Positions 1-7,892 of a DNA stretch of 20,991 nucleotides are shown here, piece after piece; within the stretch, counting starts at the first letter, position 1; every line of letters begins with the position of its first letter. The DNA is taken from assembly GCA_029974275.1 (NCBI GenBank), contig JARKSN010000225.1, positions 1 through 20,991 of the forward strand, in the 5' to 3' direction. Both the position numbers and the translations under genes were made by a program. The notes beneath the pieces were generated by a model that had not been told where the DNA came from, did not search any database, and saw only the letters and a list, made by a program, of their open reading frames with translations. The DNA is from Candidatus Hydrogenedentota bacterium. GTDB lineage: Bacteria > Hydrogenedentota > Hydrogenedentia > Hydrogenedentales > SLHB01.

Positions 1-957
1 GCCATCGCCGAGCTGCAGCGCGCCCGCGCGCAAAAAGTCGCGGCGAAATATGGCATCCCACGCGTCTATCCGTCGCACGTCGAGATGCTGGCGCACGAGC
101 AGCTCGACGGCATCGTCGCCTCGCAGCCCTTCACCCGCCACGGCGTGCTGCTGCCGGAACTCTATCGGGCGGGCATCCCCGTCTTCACCGAAAAACCGCT
201 GTGCGGCGCCATCGAGGTGGGCGAGAACATCCTCGCCGCGCTGGCCGCGAGCGGCACCTGGCACATGGTGGGCTACCACAAGCGCAGCGACCCCGCCACG
301 ATGTATGCCAAGGCGCGGATAGAAGCCCTCAAGCAGAGCGGCGAACTCGGAAAACTGAAGTACGTGCGCATTCTGATGCCTGCGGGCGATTGGGTGGCGA
401 ATGGCTTCACCGACTTGATAGGTTCCAACGATCCCATGCCGGAACAGACGTATGAAAAACACCCCACCGACATGGACACGAAAATGTATGAAGAGTATAT
501 CGCGTTTGTCAATTACTACATCCATCAAGTGAACCTGATGCGCCATGTACTGGGGGAAGACTACACGCTCACGTACGTCGACAAGAACAACGTGTTGCTG
601 GTCGTCGAAACCCCGAGCGGCGTGACGGGCACGATCGAAATGTCGCCGTACACCACAAGCATCGCATGGGAAGAGGCGATTCTCGTCGCGTTCGAACACG
701 GTTACATCAAGCTCGAACTGCCCGCGCCGCTGGCGTCAAACCGTTGCGGCCGCGTCGAGATGCTGCGTGATCCCGGAAACGGCGTCACCCCCGAGACGAC
801 CGTCCCGACCTTGCCGTGGGTCCACGCCATGCGCCAGCAGGCCATCAACTTCATCGAGGCGATTCAGGGAAAACGCCCGCCCATGTGCACCGCGCAAGAG
901 GCCATGAAAGACCTCCTCGTCGCTCGGGATTACATCCGGCTGCGGCTGGGGAAGTAG
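1..957 (+). CDS. Gfo/Idh/MocA-family NAD(P)-dependent oxidoreductase (5'-truncated by window edge)
   Basis: Frame 1 is open from base 1 (AIAELQRARAQKVAAKYGIPRVYPSHVEML...) to TAG at 955-957, so the track's start at 85 is an internal Met. It has the family hallmark 'VFTEKP', followed by 'VGYHKR' and 'YIHQVN'. The N-terminal GxGxxG lies outside the window. Confidence 0.85.
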   Translation, partial: AIAELQRARAQKVAAKYGIPRVYPSHVEMLAHEQLDGIVASQPFTRHGVLLPELYRAGIPVFTEKPLCGAIEVGENILAALAASGTWHMVGYHKRSDPATMYAKARIEALKQSGELGKLKYVRILMPAGDWVANGFTDLIGSNDPMPEQTYEKHPTDMDTKMYEEYIAFVNYYIHQVNLMRHVLGEDYTLTYVDKNNVLLVVETPSGVTGTIEMSPYTTSIAWEEAILVAFEHGYIKLELPAPLASNRCGRVEMLRDPGNGVTPETTVPTLPWVHAMRQQAINFIEAIQGKRPPMCTAQEAMKDLLVARDYIRLRLGK

Positions 958-1071
958 GAGGCGCCGCTTAGGGCCGATACGGAAAAGCAATGAGAGCGCA
1001 ACGCTGCGCGAAACACAAGACGGCATGCGTCCGATCCGTTGCGCTTTTGTAATCATACTGGAGAGAGTCGA

Positions 1072-2154
1072 ATGACCGACCGAGACCGTTTCATCGCGAC
1101 GATTCTGGGCGAGCCGGTGGACCGTGCGCCGTATCGCTTGTTCTGGGGGCCGTGGGGCATGACGTGGCGGCGCTGGATTGAGGAAGGAAAGCCGGAAGGG
1201 GCCGACCATCGCGAGTATTTCGGCGCCGACCAAGGCGGTTTCAGCATTCCCGTGAACTGCGGGCCGAGTCCCCGTCGCGCGGACGTCATCCTCGAAACCG
1301 CGGCGGACCGCGTCACGTTTATCGACGGATGGGGAATCAAGCGCGTGAACTTCATTGACCACGAGTCGATGTCGACCTTTCTGGAATTTCCCGTCAAGAC
1401 GCGCGACGATTGGGAAGCCTACAAAGCGGAGTGGCTCGATCCCCGCCATCCCGAGCGCCTCTCCGGCGATTGGGTCGCCCAGACCCGCGCCGCTGCGGAG
1501 AAAGGGTGCTATATCCAGCTCGGCGATTTCCCCTTTGTAGGCATCTTTGGGACGCTGAGGTGGCTTTTGGGCGACGAAGAATGCCTGATCGCGTTTTGCA
1601 CCATGCCGGACCTCGTCCACGACATCATGACCCACATGACCGACCTCTATCTGACCGTTTTCGAGGCAGTCGTGCGCGAGGTGCGGGTGGATATAATCCA
1701 CGTGTGGGAAGATATGTGCGGGCGGCACGGACCTCTCATTGGCCCCGAGCTTTGGGAGGAATTCATGGGGCCCTGTTACCGTCGCATCAAGGCATTCCTC
1801 GATGCACACGACATCCCCGTGTTCTCCGTCGACACCGACGGCAACCCCGATCTCATCGCGCAACCGATGATCAACGCCGGCGTGAATTTCCTGTGGCCGA
1901 TGGAAGTGGCGGCGGGCTGTGACGTGAATGTCTGGCGCGACGCGTATCCGACCTTGGCCTTGGCGGGGGGCATTGACAAACGGGCCTTGGCCCAAGGCCC
2001 CGCCGCGATCGACGCCGAACTCGAACGCATTTGCCCTGCAATCAGCACAGGGCGGTACGTGCCCGATCTTGACCATGGCATTCCCGAGGACGTGTCATGG
2101 GAGAACTACTGCCACTTCGCGCGCCAACTCAAGAAACGTATCGGCAAGGCATAG
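1072..2154 (+). CDS. Uroporphyrinogen decarboxylase / MtaA-CmuA-like TIM-barrel family protein
   Basis: ATG at 1072 is preceded by GGAG at 1060-1063. The N-terminus 'MTDRDRFIATILGEPVDRAP' and the motifs 'WEDMCGRHGPLIGP', 'GGIDK' and 'DHGIPEDVSWENY' are typical of the URO-D-like family. Substrate unknown. Confidence 0.8.
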   Translation: MTDRDRFIATILGEPVDRAPYRLFWGPWGMTWRRWIEEGKPEGADHREYFGADQGGFSIPVNCGPSPRRADVILETAADRVTFIDGWGIKRVNFIDHESMSTFLEFPVKTRDDWEAYKAEWLDPRHPERLSGDWVAQTRAAAEKGCYIQLGDFPFVGIFGTLRWLLGDEECLIAFCTMPDLVHDIMTHMTDLYLTVFEAVVREVRVDIIHVWEDMCGRHGPLIGPELWEEFMGPCYRRIKAFLDAHDIPVFSVDTDGNPDLIAQPMINAGVNFLWPMEVAAGCDVNVWRDAYPTLALAGGIDKRALAQGPAAIDAELERICPAISTGRYVPDLDHGIPEDVSWENYCHFARQLKKRIGKA

Positions 2155-2195
2155 CGTCTCGTGTTCCGGCGTCAACGTCCAGAACCGGGAACGAT

Positions 2196-5100
2196 TCAAT
2201 CCGATTGCGGCGGCGGCGTGTCGGGGGAGGCATCGAGAACCGCACGGATCTTAGCGGCAAGGGCGCGGATGCCAAAGGGTTTCTGGATGAACGGAATATT
2301 CTCGTCATGCGGCAATTCAGCGGCGAGCGCTTCGTCCGTATAGCCCGACATATACAGCACGCGCATGTTCGGACGGAGTCGCCGCAATCTTCTGGCAAGC
2401 TGGTATCCGCTGCGTTTGGGCATCATCACATCGGTCAGCAATAAATGAATGGGCCCCGGATGCTCCTGACAAAGGCGCTCGGCCTCTTCGGGGTCGGACG
2501 TGTCGATGATCCGATATCCGTTCAGCTTGAGAATGCGCCTCACCAGATGACGAACGATTTCCTCATCCTCCACGACCAAGACGGTTTCGAACCCCTGTTC
2601 CTTGACAGGCGAGGCCGACTCGCCTTCAAAACTCTGCGGAAGGTCCTTCGAACAGGGCAGAAAAACATGGAACGACGTGCCTTGATGCAGTTCGCTCTCG
2701 AAAACAATGGCCCCGCCGCTTTGTTTCACGATCCCGTAGACCGTGGACAGCCCCAATCCCGTGCCGTGCTCTTCGCCCTTGGTCGTGAAAAACGGCTCGA
2801 AGACATGGGCCTTGGCGACTTCGTCCATGCCGCTTCCCGTGTCGCTGACCGACAGCAGCGCGTACTCGCCCGGCTCAAGATCGGCGGGGGGCGATGGCAA
2901 ACCGCCAGGAACAACCACGGTGCGCGTGCGGATCCCCAACTGCCCTCCTTGGGGCATGGCGTCGCGCGCATTGACCACGAGATTGAGAATGACTTGATCG
3001 ATCTGGTTGGGATCGGCCTTTACGGGACAAAGACGATCGTCCGTTGTCACGACAAGTTCGATGTTCTCGCCGATGATTCTACGGAGCATGCGATCCATGT
3101 TCCGAACCACGTCGTTCAGATCGAAAATCCTGGGCTGCAGCACCTGACGGCGGCTAAAGGCGAGCAACTGCTTCGTTAACGCCGCCGCGCGCATGGAAGC
3201 GGCCTTGATTTCCTCCAGATAGGCGTGGGTGGTCTCGGTAAGGGATATATCGGCAAGAAGCAAGTCGGTGCAGCCGAGGATCGCGGTGAGCAGGTTGTTG
3301 AAATCATGCGCCACTCCCCCCGCCAAACGGCCAATCGCCTCCATCTTGTGCGACTGGCGGAGTTGATCCTCCAGGGCTTTGCGTTCCTCCTCGGCGACCT
3401 TGAGCCCCGTGATGTCGCGCTGCGCGCCCCACATCTGCGTCAGCAGCCCCTCCTTGGTGATGCCCACGACATTGTTGAGGAAAAAACGCCGGCAACCGTG
3501 GCGATCCGTATCCTGAATTTCCACGTCGGACTGGCGAAAACCGCTTTGGACCAGCATGCGCAACCGTTCCGGATCGTGCAGCCACCAGCCAAACGAACCG
3601 CTTCGCAGCCGTAGCCCCACCATCTCGAATGCCCGTTCAAACCCGTACATCCGCGCGAACGCGTCGTTGCATTCCGCCACGTAACAGTGCCGGTAAAGAT
3701 GGCGGATTTGCTGTTCCTCATCGAGGTCTAACGGCAGCGGACGGTCCAGTTCACACCGCCAAATGCCTTCGGTCGTTCGCGTGATGAACGCCCGATACCG
3801 CTGCTCGCTCGCGCGCAACGCCTCTTCGGCGCGGCGCCGCTCGAACATCTCGGTCGCCAACGAGACGAAATCGGCGATCGATCCCACGAAATACTGTTCG
3901 TCCAAAGCCCAGGGACGCGGGCCGCCGCAGTGCTCGGCGCTGATAAGTCCAATCATTTCCCCATGCACGCGAACCGCCGCATGCACGAGCGCGCCAATGC
4001 CATGGGGCTGGATGTATGCGGCGAGCATCTCGCCGACCATCGCATCCGCGGCGGCGTCCTGGGAGGTCACCGTCCTGTCTTCGGCGAGACGGTCGAAGTA
4101 GCGCGGGTAATCGGATCGGGACAAGACCAGCCCCTCGGAATAGCGACGAAGCCGACGATCAAAGAGCGCGGCGCACTCCAGTCGGGAACCGTCCTCGGCA
4201 AGAAGCCATGCCCCGGCCCGATCGCACTCGAGCGTCTGGGCGATTAGCTCCACCACCTCGCGGAACGTTGCCGCGAGATCGCTTTCTTCGAGCACTTGAC
4301 TGCGGGTTAGATCGACCAGCACCCGGCTCTGCCGGTTCGATCGGCGCTGAATTTCAAGGCGTCGCGCCATTTCGCCAAGACGAGCCTCGTACTCGGTCCG
4401 CAACTGTTCATTGGGATCCGGCATGATGACGATGGACAGCGTAGCAGGCGCTTCGGATTCCAGAAGATCCCGGTTGATGGCCAGCGCCTCAAACGCATAC
4501 GTTCCGACGGGCAAGTCCTCGAAACGCACTTCCGTCTCCCACGTATCCCGCCACGTCGCGTCGTATCCCAGGAGCCGATAGCTGTACAGCATGTGGCGCG
4601 TCGAGAGCGACAGCGCCGCAAAACGCACCTTGACTTCGTGCGCTTGCGTCAATGTCAGCGAGAGAGTCTTGGGGGGAGGATGCATCGCCTCGTTGGCGTC
4701 TGTGTCCGCACGGATAACGACCTGCGGACGCAATTGGGGGCCGGGACGGTAGATTGCGATGCCGCGATACGTTCCGATCGCCATCGCGCCGTCTTCCAAA
4801 GGAATCAATCCCGCGATGCTGTTGCTGGGCAGACCATCGTCGGTGGTAAGCCATTGAAAATGCTTGCCGTCCGTGATGTAGATGCCGCCGCGAAGCGTGC
4901 CAAACCAGCTCAGCCCCAGCGTGTCCCTGGCGGAACACTGATGGAAGAGGCTGCTCAACCCCTCGCGGGGGCCATAGTTCCGGAAGCGCTGGCCATCGTA
5001 TACACTCAGACCTCCCTGCGTGCCTATCCAAAGCCGATGCTCCGAGTCTTCGAGCAGGGACTGGACGCTGTCATTGGGAAGTCCGTCGTCGCTTCTGTAC

Positions 5101-6527
5101 GTGCGCATGGCGCCATGTTCGAGACACCCCAACCCCCTCGCGTCATACCCGCCAAACCAAAACCGCTTCTGGGCATCCTCCAGCATTCGGAAGATCACGT
5201 TATGGGGCGTCTCGATAGCCTCAAAGACATCGCCATTCAGACACAGCAACGATCCGGGATCTCTCGTGCCCGCCCAGATGGAACCATCAGGCGCTTCATA
5301 TAACGACACGATAGAATCGTTGCCAATGCCATGGGGAGCCTTGAAATGGCGGAGCGGCACGCCCCACACATCGTCGGACGAGGGGAACAGAAAGATGCCG
5401 TCCACCCGCGTTCCCACCCAGAAGCGCCCCTGCGAGTCTTCCAGCAAGGCGTTGATTCTACTGGGAAACGAGCGAGACCGGATAAGATCGTTGTGCAGGC
5501 AGCAAAGCGTTTCATCGTTTCCAAACCACAAACGCTCCTTCCTGTCGCGAATAATCGTCTCCAAGACGGGCGTGTCCGTCAACAGGGTGATGCGATGCGG
5601 ATCAAAACAGCTCATGCCAGAGAGGATATGGGCCACCCATATCTGCTCTTCGTAGTCCTCGAAAAAACAACTGGCGCGGTTGTCCAGCAAGCCGTCGCTC
5701 ACCGAATAGGACACGATGGAGGCTCCATCGTATCGCGCCACGCCGTTTCCCCACGTGGCGAACCACAGGCAGGCGCGGCGATCCGAAAAGACGCACCGCA
5801 AGCGGTTGCTGGGAAGCCCCTGCTCCGTCGTGATCGAAGATATCCGGTCTCCATCCAAACACAACGCGCCGCGTCCGTCCGTGGCCAGCCAAACCCGGTC
5901 TTTGTAATCCAGGGTGATATGCCAGACGGGGACGTGCGGGATATCATGTGTCGTGGGGCGAGCCATCAGGCTATCGGACTCGAAACGCGAGACGCCGCCC
6001 ATGCAACCCACCCAAACAAAGCCGGCGCGATCGGGGCACAGGGACAGCACATGCGGGTGAACTAGGCCGTTGTCGCATGCGATGTTTTGGAACTGGCTCC
6101 CATCGAAGCGCGAAATTCCGGCATGGGTGCCAATCCAGAGCCGTCTGGACGCATCGAATGCCAGGCAGGTGACGTTATTGTCGATAAGACCGTGGTCCTG
6201 GCCGTAAGACGCCGTCACCACGCCGTCTTTCAGGCATGCAATCCCTCCCTCCAATATCCCAAGCCACAACCGGCCCTCCCCGTCAAACAACAAATGGGAA
6301 ATGTTGTTGCCGGGCAACCCGTCGTGCATCGTAAACGTGATGAATCGCGTGCCATCAAACCGGACCAATCCGGCCGCCGTCGCTATCCACAAATAGCCAT
6401 CCCGGTCCTGGGCCAATGCCCTCGCCCCCGCCATGAGCCCGCTGGTCACGTCGAAGGTGCGCCACATGCCCGGGCGCGGAAGCGCCACGCGACTTTCCAC
6501 GTGCGGGAGATGCGCGTCGGCGCTCAT
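2196..6527 (-). CDS. Hybrid sensor histidine kinase/response regulator: two-component regulator beta-propeller repeats, Y_Y_Y, GAF, PAS, HisKA, HATPase_c, REC
   Basis: Repeated 'GLPxNxIxxLxxDxxGRLWxGT' units. Y_Y_Y region 'YSYRLLGYD..W...LPVGTYAFEALA'. GAF-like and PAS/PAC segments ('WGAQRDIT'). H-box 'GGVAHDFNNLL' (His codon 3306-3308), 'NLVVNARDAM', 'DTGSGM' and 'FEPFFTTK..GTGLGL'. Receiver motifs 'VLVVEDE', 'LLTDVMMP', 'MSGY' and 'QKPF'. Confidence 0.93.
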   Translation of the reverse strand: MSADAHLPHVESRVALPRPGMWRTFDVTSGLMAGARALAQDRDGYLWIATAAGLVRFDGTRFITFTMHDGLPGNNISHLLFDGEGRLWLGILEGGIACLKDGVVTASYGQDHGLIDNNVTCLAFDASRRLWIGTHAGISRFDGSQFQNIACDNGLVHPHVLSLCPDRAGFVWVGCMGGVSRFESDSLMARPTTHDIPHVPVWHITLDYKDRVWLATDGRGALCLDGDRISSITTEQGLPSNRLRCVFSDRRACLWFATWGNGVARYDGASIVSYSVSDGLLDNRASCFFEDYEEQIWVAHILSGMSCFDPHRITLLTDTPVLETIIRDRKERLWFGNDETLCCLHNDLIRSRSFPSRINALLEDSQGRFWVGTRVDGIFLFPSSDDVWGVPLRHFKAPHGIGNDSIVSLYEAPDGSIWAGTRDPGSLLCLNGDVFEAIETPHNVIFRMLEDAQKRFWFGGYDARGLGCLEHGAMRTYRSDDGLPNDSVQSLLEDSEHRLWIGTQGGLSVYDGQRFRNYGPREGLSSLFHQCSARDTLGLSWFGTLRGGIYITDGKHFQWLTTDDGLPSNSIAGLIPLEDGAMAIGTYRGIAIYRPGPQLRPQVVIRADTDANEAMHPPPKTLSLTLTQAHEVKVRFAALSLSTRHMLYSYRLLGYDATWRDTWETEVRFEDLPVGTYAFEALAINRDLLESEAPATLSIVIMPDPNEQLRTEYEARLGEMARRLEIQRRSNRQSRVLVDLTRSQVLEESDLAATFREVVELIAQTLECDRAGAWLLAEDGSRLECAALFDRRLRRYSEGLVLSRSDYPRYFDRLAEDRTVTSQDAAADAMVGEMLAAYIQPHGIGALVHAAVRVHGEMIGLISAEHCGGPRPWALDEQYFVGSIADFVSLATEMFERRRAEEALRASEQRYRAFITRTTEGIWRCELDRPLPLDLDEEQQIRHLYRHCYVAECNDAFARMYGFERAFEMVGLRLRSGSFGWWLHDPERLRMLVQSGFRQSDVEIQDTDRHGCRRFFLNNVVGITKEGLLTQMWGAQRDITGLKVAEEERKALEDQLRQSHKMEAIGRLAGGVAHDFNNLLTAILGCTDLLLADISLTETTHAYLEEIKAASMRAAALTKQLLAFSRRQVLQPRIFDLNDVVRNMDRMLRRIIGENIELVVTTDDRLCPVKADPNQIDQVILNLVVNARDAMPQGGQLGIRTRTVVVPGGLPSPPADLEPGEYALLSVSDTGSGMDEVAKAHVFEPFFTTKGEEHGTGLGLSTVYGIVKQSGGAIVFESELHQGTSFHVFLPCSKDLPQSFEGESASPVKEQGFETVLVVEDEEIVRHLVRRILKLNGYRIIDTSDPEEAERLCQEHPGPIHLLLTDVMMPKRSGYQLARRLRRLRPNMRVLYMSGYTDEALAAELPHDENIPFIQKPFGIRALAAKIRAVLDASPDTPPPQSD

Positions 6528-6895
6528 GCCGGCAGCCCAGCATGACGCGTCCGAAAATTAACCAGAAAAAAAACCGCCCTCCGCAAAACACGGCGCCATG
6601 TGCAAGTAACACGACGGCCACGGCGCTTCTCGGATTCGGCAAGCATGGGTCGCTCTCCATATAGGCCAATTCTATCTGGATTTTAGCACATCGAAAGGCG
6701 AAAGCGTAGCGGTTGTTCCATGGGACTTTGTGCGAGCGGCGACCTGTGATATGCTGATGATAAAACTAGGCTTGGCGCAAGTTGCCGCTCCTGCTCCGAG
6801 CCGCGCGATGGGACGTGACGGGTATTTGCGGCAAGGGAGTGGGGGGCGGGGGTGTCAAGAATAAAGCGCCTTTTCGAAGGCAACGCACAGGGGGA

Positions 6896-7765
6896 ATGAT
6901 GCAGCCCGAGAGGACAATTCCACCAAGTTTCGGACGTGATGCCGCCTTGCAACCGAGACCGCAAGAATGTGCGAAGCCGCGAGTTCGCCGGCGCGTCGTG
7001 GCAATGTGCTTGGCCATTCTTGCCGGCTGTGCGCCTCCGGTCGGGGAGAAGCGCGACGAATTCGGCTTCAACGAAGTGCAGCGCGCCGCCCTTTCGCGAG
7101 ACTTTGCCGCGCTCCAGGCGCTGGTGCAGGCAGGGGCCGATCTCAATGCATCCGACCCGGACCGGGTGACGGCCTTGCATCGCGCCGCGCGCGACGGCGA
7201 TGTCGAAGTGGCAACATTTCTGCTGAGCTACGGGGCCCGGCCCGACCTTGTGACTTCGACGGGATGGACGGCGCTGCACCTCGCCGCGCGGGCATGCAAG
7301 CCGAAGGTGGCCGAACTGCTGCTCCAATACAAGGCCGATCCGTTGCTTCCATTGCCCGACGGACGCATCGCCCTGCATCTGGCCTGCGCGAAAAACGACT
7401 ATCCCACCGTGGAAGCGTTGTTGGCCGATTGGGTGTACAAAGACCGGACCACCCCAGACAACGGGGTCGGTAAAAAGGATTCACATGGCGACATGCCGTT
7501 GCATCTTGCCCTTGGGCAACGGGACCACCGTATCGCGGCATTGCTCGTCGCCAAGGGAGCGGATGTGAATGCGCCCAATGGCGACGGGATTGTTCCCATG
7601 GTGACCGCCTGTGAAGCAGGCAGCGACTATCTGGCGGCGCTCCTGTTCACCAACGGAGGCGATCCCAATGCCGTTTCCCCCAAAGGCATGACGGCGCTGC
7701 AAGCCGCAAAAAACAGCGGAAACGTCGCGCTTGTGCAGTTGCTTTGCCAATGGGGGGCGCGTTGA
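6896..7765 (+). CDS. Ankyrin-repeat protein, probable lipoprotein
   Basis: Ankyrin repeats 'TALHRAA', 'GWTALHLAA', 'GRIALHLAC', 'GDMPLHLAL...GADVNA' and 'GMTALQAA'. ATG at 6896/6899 follows AGGGGG. Basic plus hydrophobic segment ending in lipobox LAGC (Cys codon 7028-7030). Start is uncertain. Confidence 0.85.
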   Translation: MMQPERTIPPSFGRDAALQPRPQECAKPRVRRRVVAMCLAILAGCAPPVGEKRDEFGFNEVQRAALSRDFAALQALVQAGADLNASDPDRVTALHRAARDGDVEVATFLLSYGARPDLVTSTGWTALHLAARACKPKVAELLLQYKADPLLPLPDGRIALHLACAKNDYPTVEALLADWVYKDRTTPDNGVGKKDSHGDMPLHLALGQRDHRIAALLVAKGADVNAPNGDGIVPMVTACEAGSDYLAALLFTNGGDPNAVSPKGMTALQAAKNSGNVALVQLLCQWGAR

Positions 7766-7892
7766 CACGAAGCCGAACGCGCGGTCTCGGGCGACATGCG
7801 GGGCCTGAGACGTCGCATAACGCCATGGCACGCAGCGGTGATCCGCGAGAGAGGATCGCGTCCCGCCGAACGCCGTCAGGGAGATATCCATA

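Noticed and set aside
736..2076. 446-aa minus-strand ORF
   Set aside because: Antisense shadow of the oxidoreductase and UroD-like genes, with no recognisable domain.
2725..2805. Inverted nucleotide similarity to about 20808-20888
   Set aside because: Both regions encode the conserved FEPFFTTK...GTGLGL kinase box with many synonymous differences. This is family conservation, not a DNA repeat.
6772..6786. TTGGCGCAAGTTGC as a sigma54 promoter
   Set aside because: The GG-to-GC spacing is 2 bp too short for a -24/-12 promoter.
6782..6895. Longer TTG start for the ankyrin gene
   Set aside because: The extension is low-complexity translation of the G-rich intergenic tract and would push the lipobox implausibly far from the N-terminus.
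7762..7790. TTGACA overlapping the ankyrin gene stop as a possible permease promoter
   Set aside because: No credible -10 hexamer at 16-18 bp spacing.
7825..7834. ATGGCACGCA resembling part of a guanine riboswitch aptamer upstream of a purine permease
   Set aside because: The other conserved purine-riboswitch elements (UCUACC junction, CCGUAAA loop, P1 stem) are absent, so this is probably coincidence.
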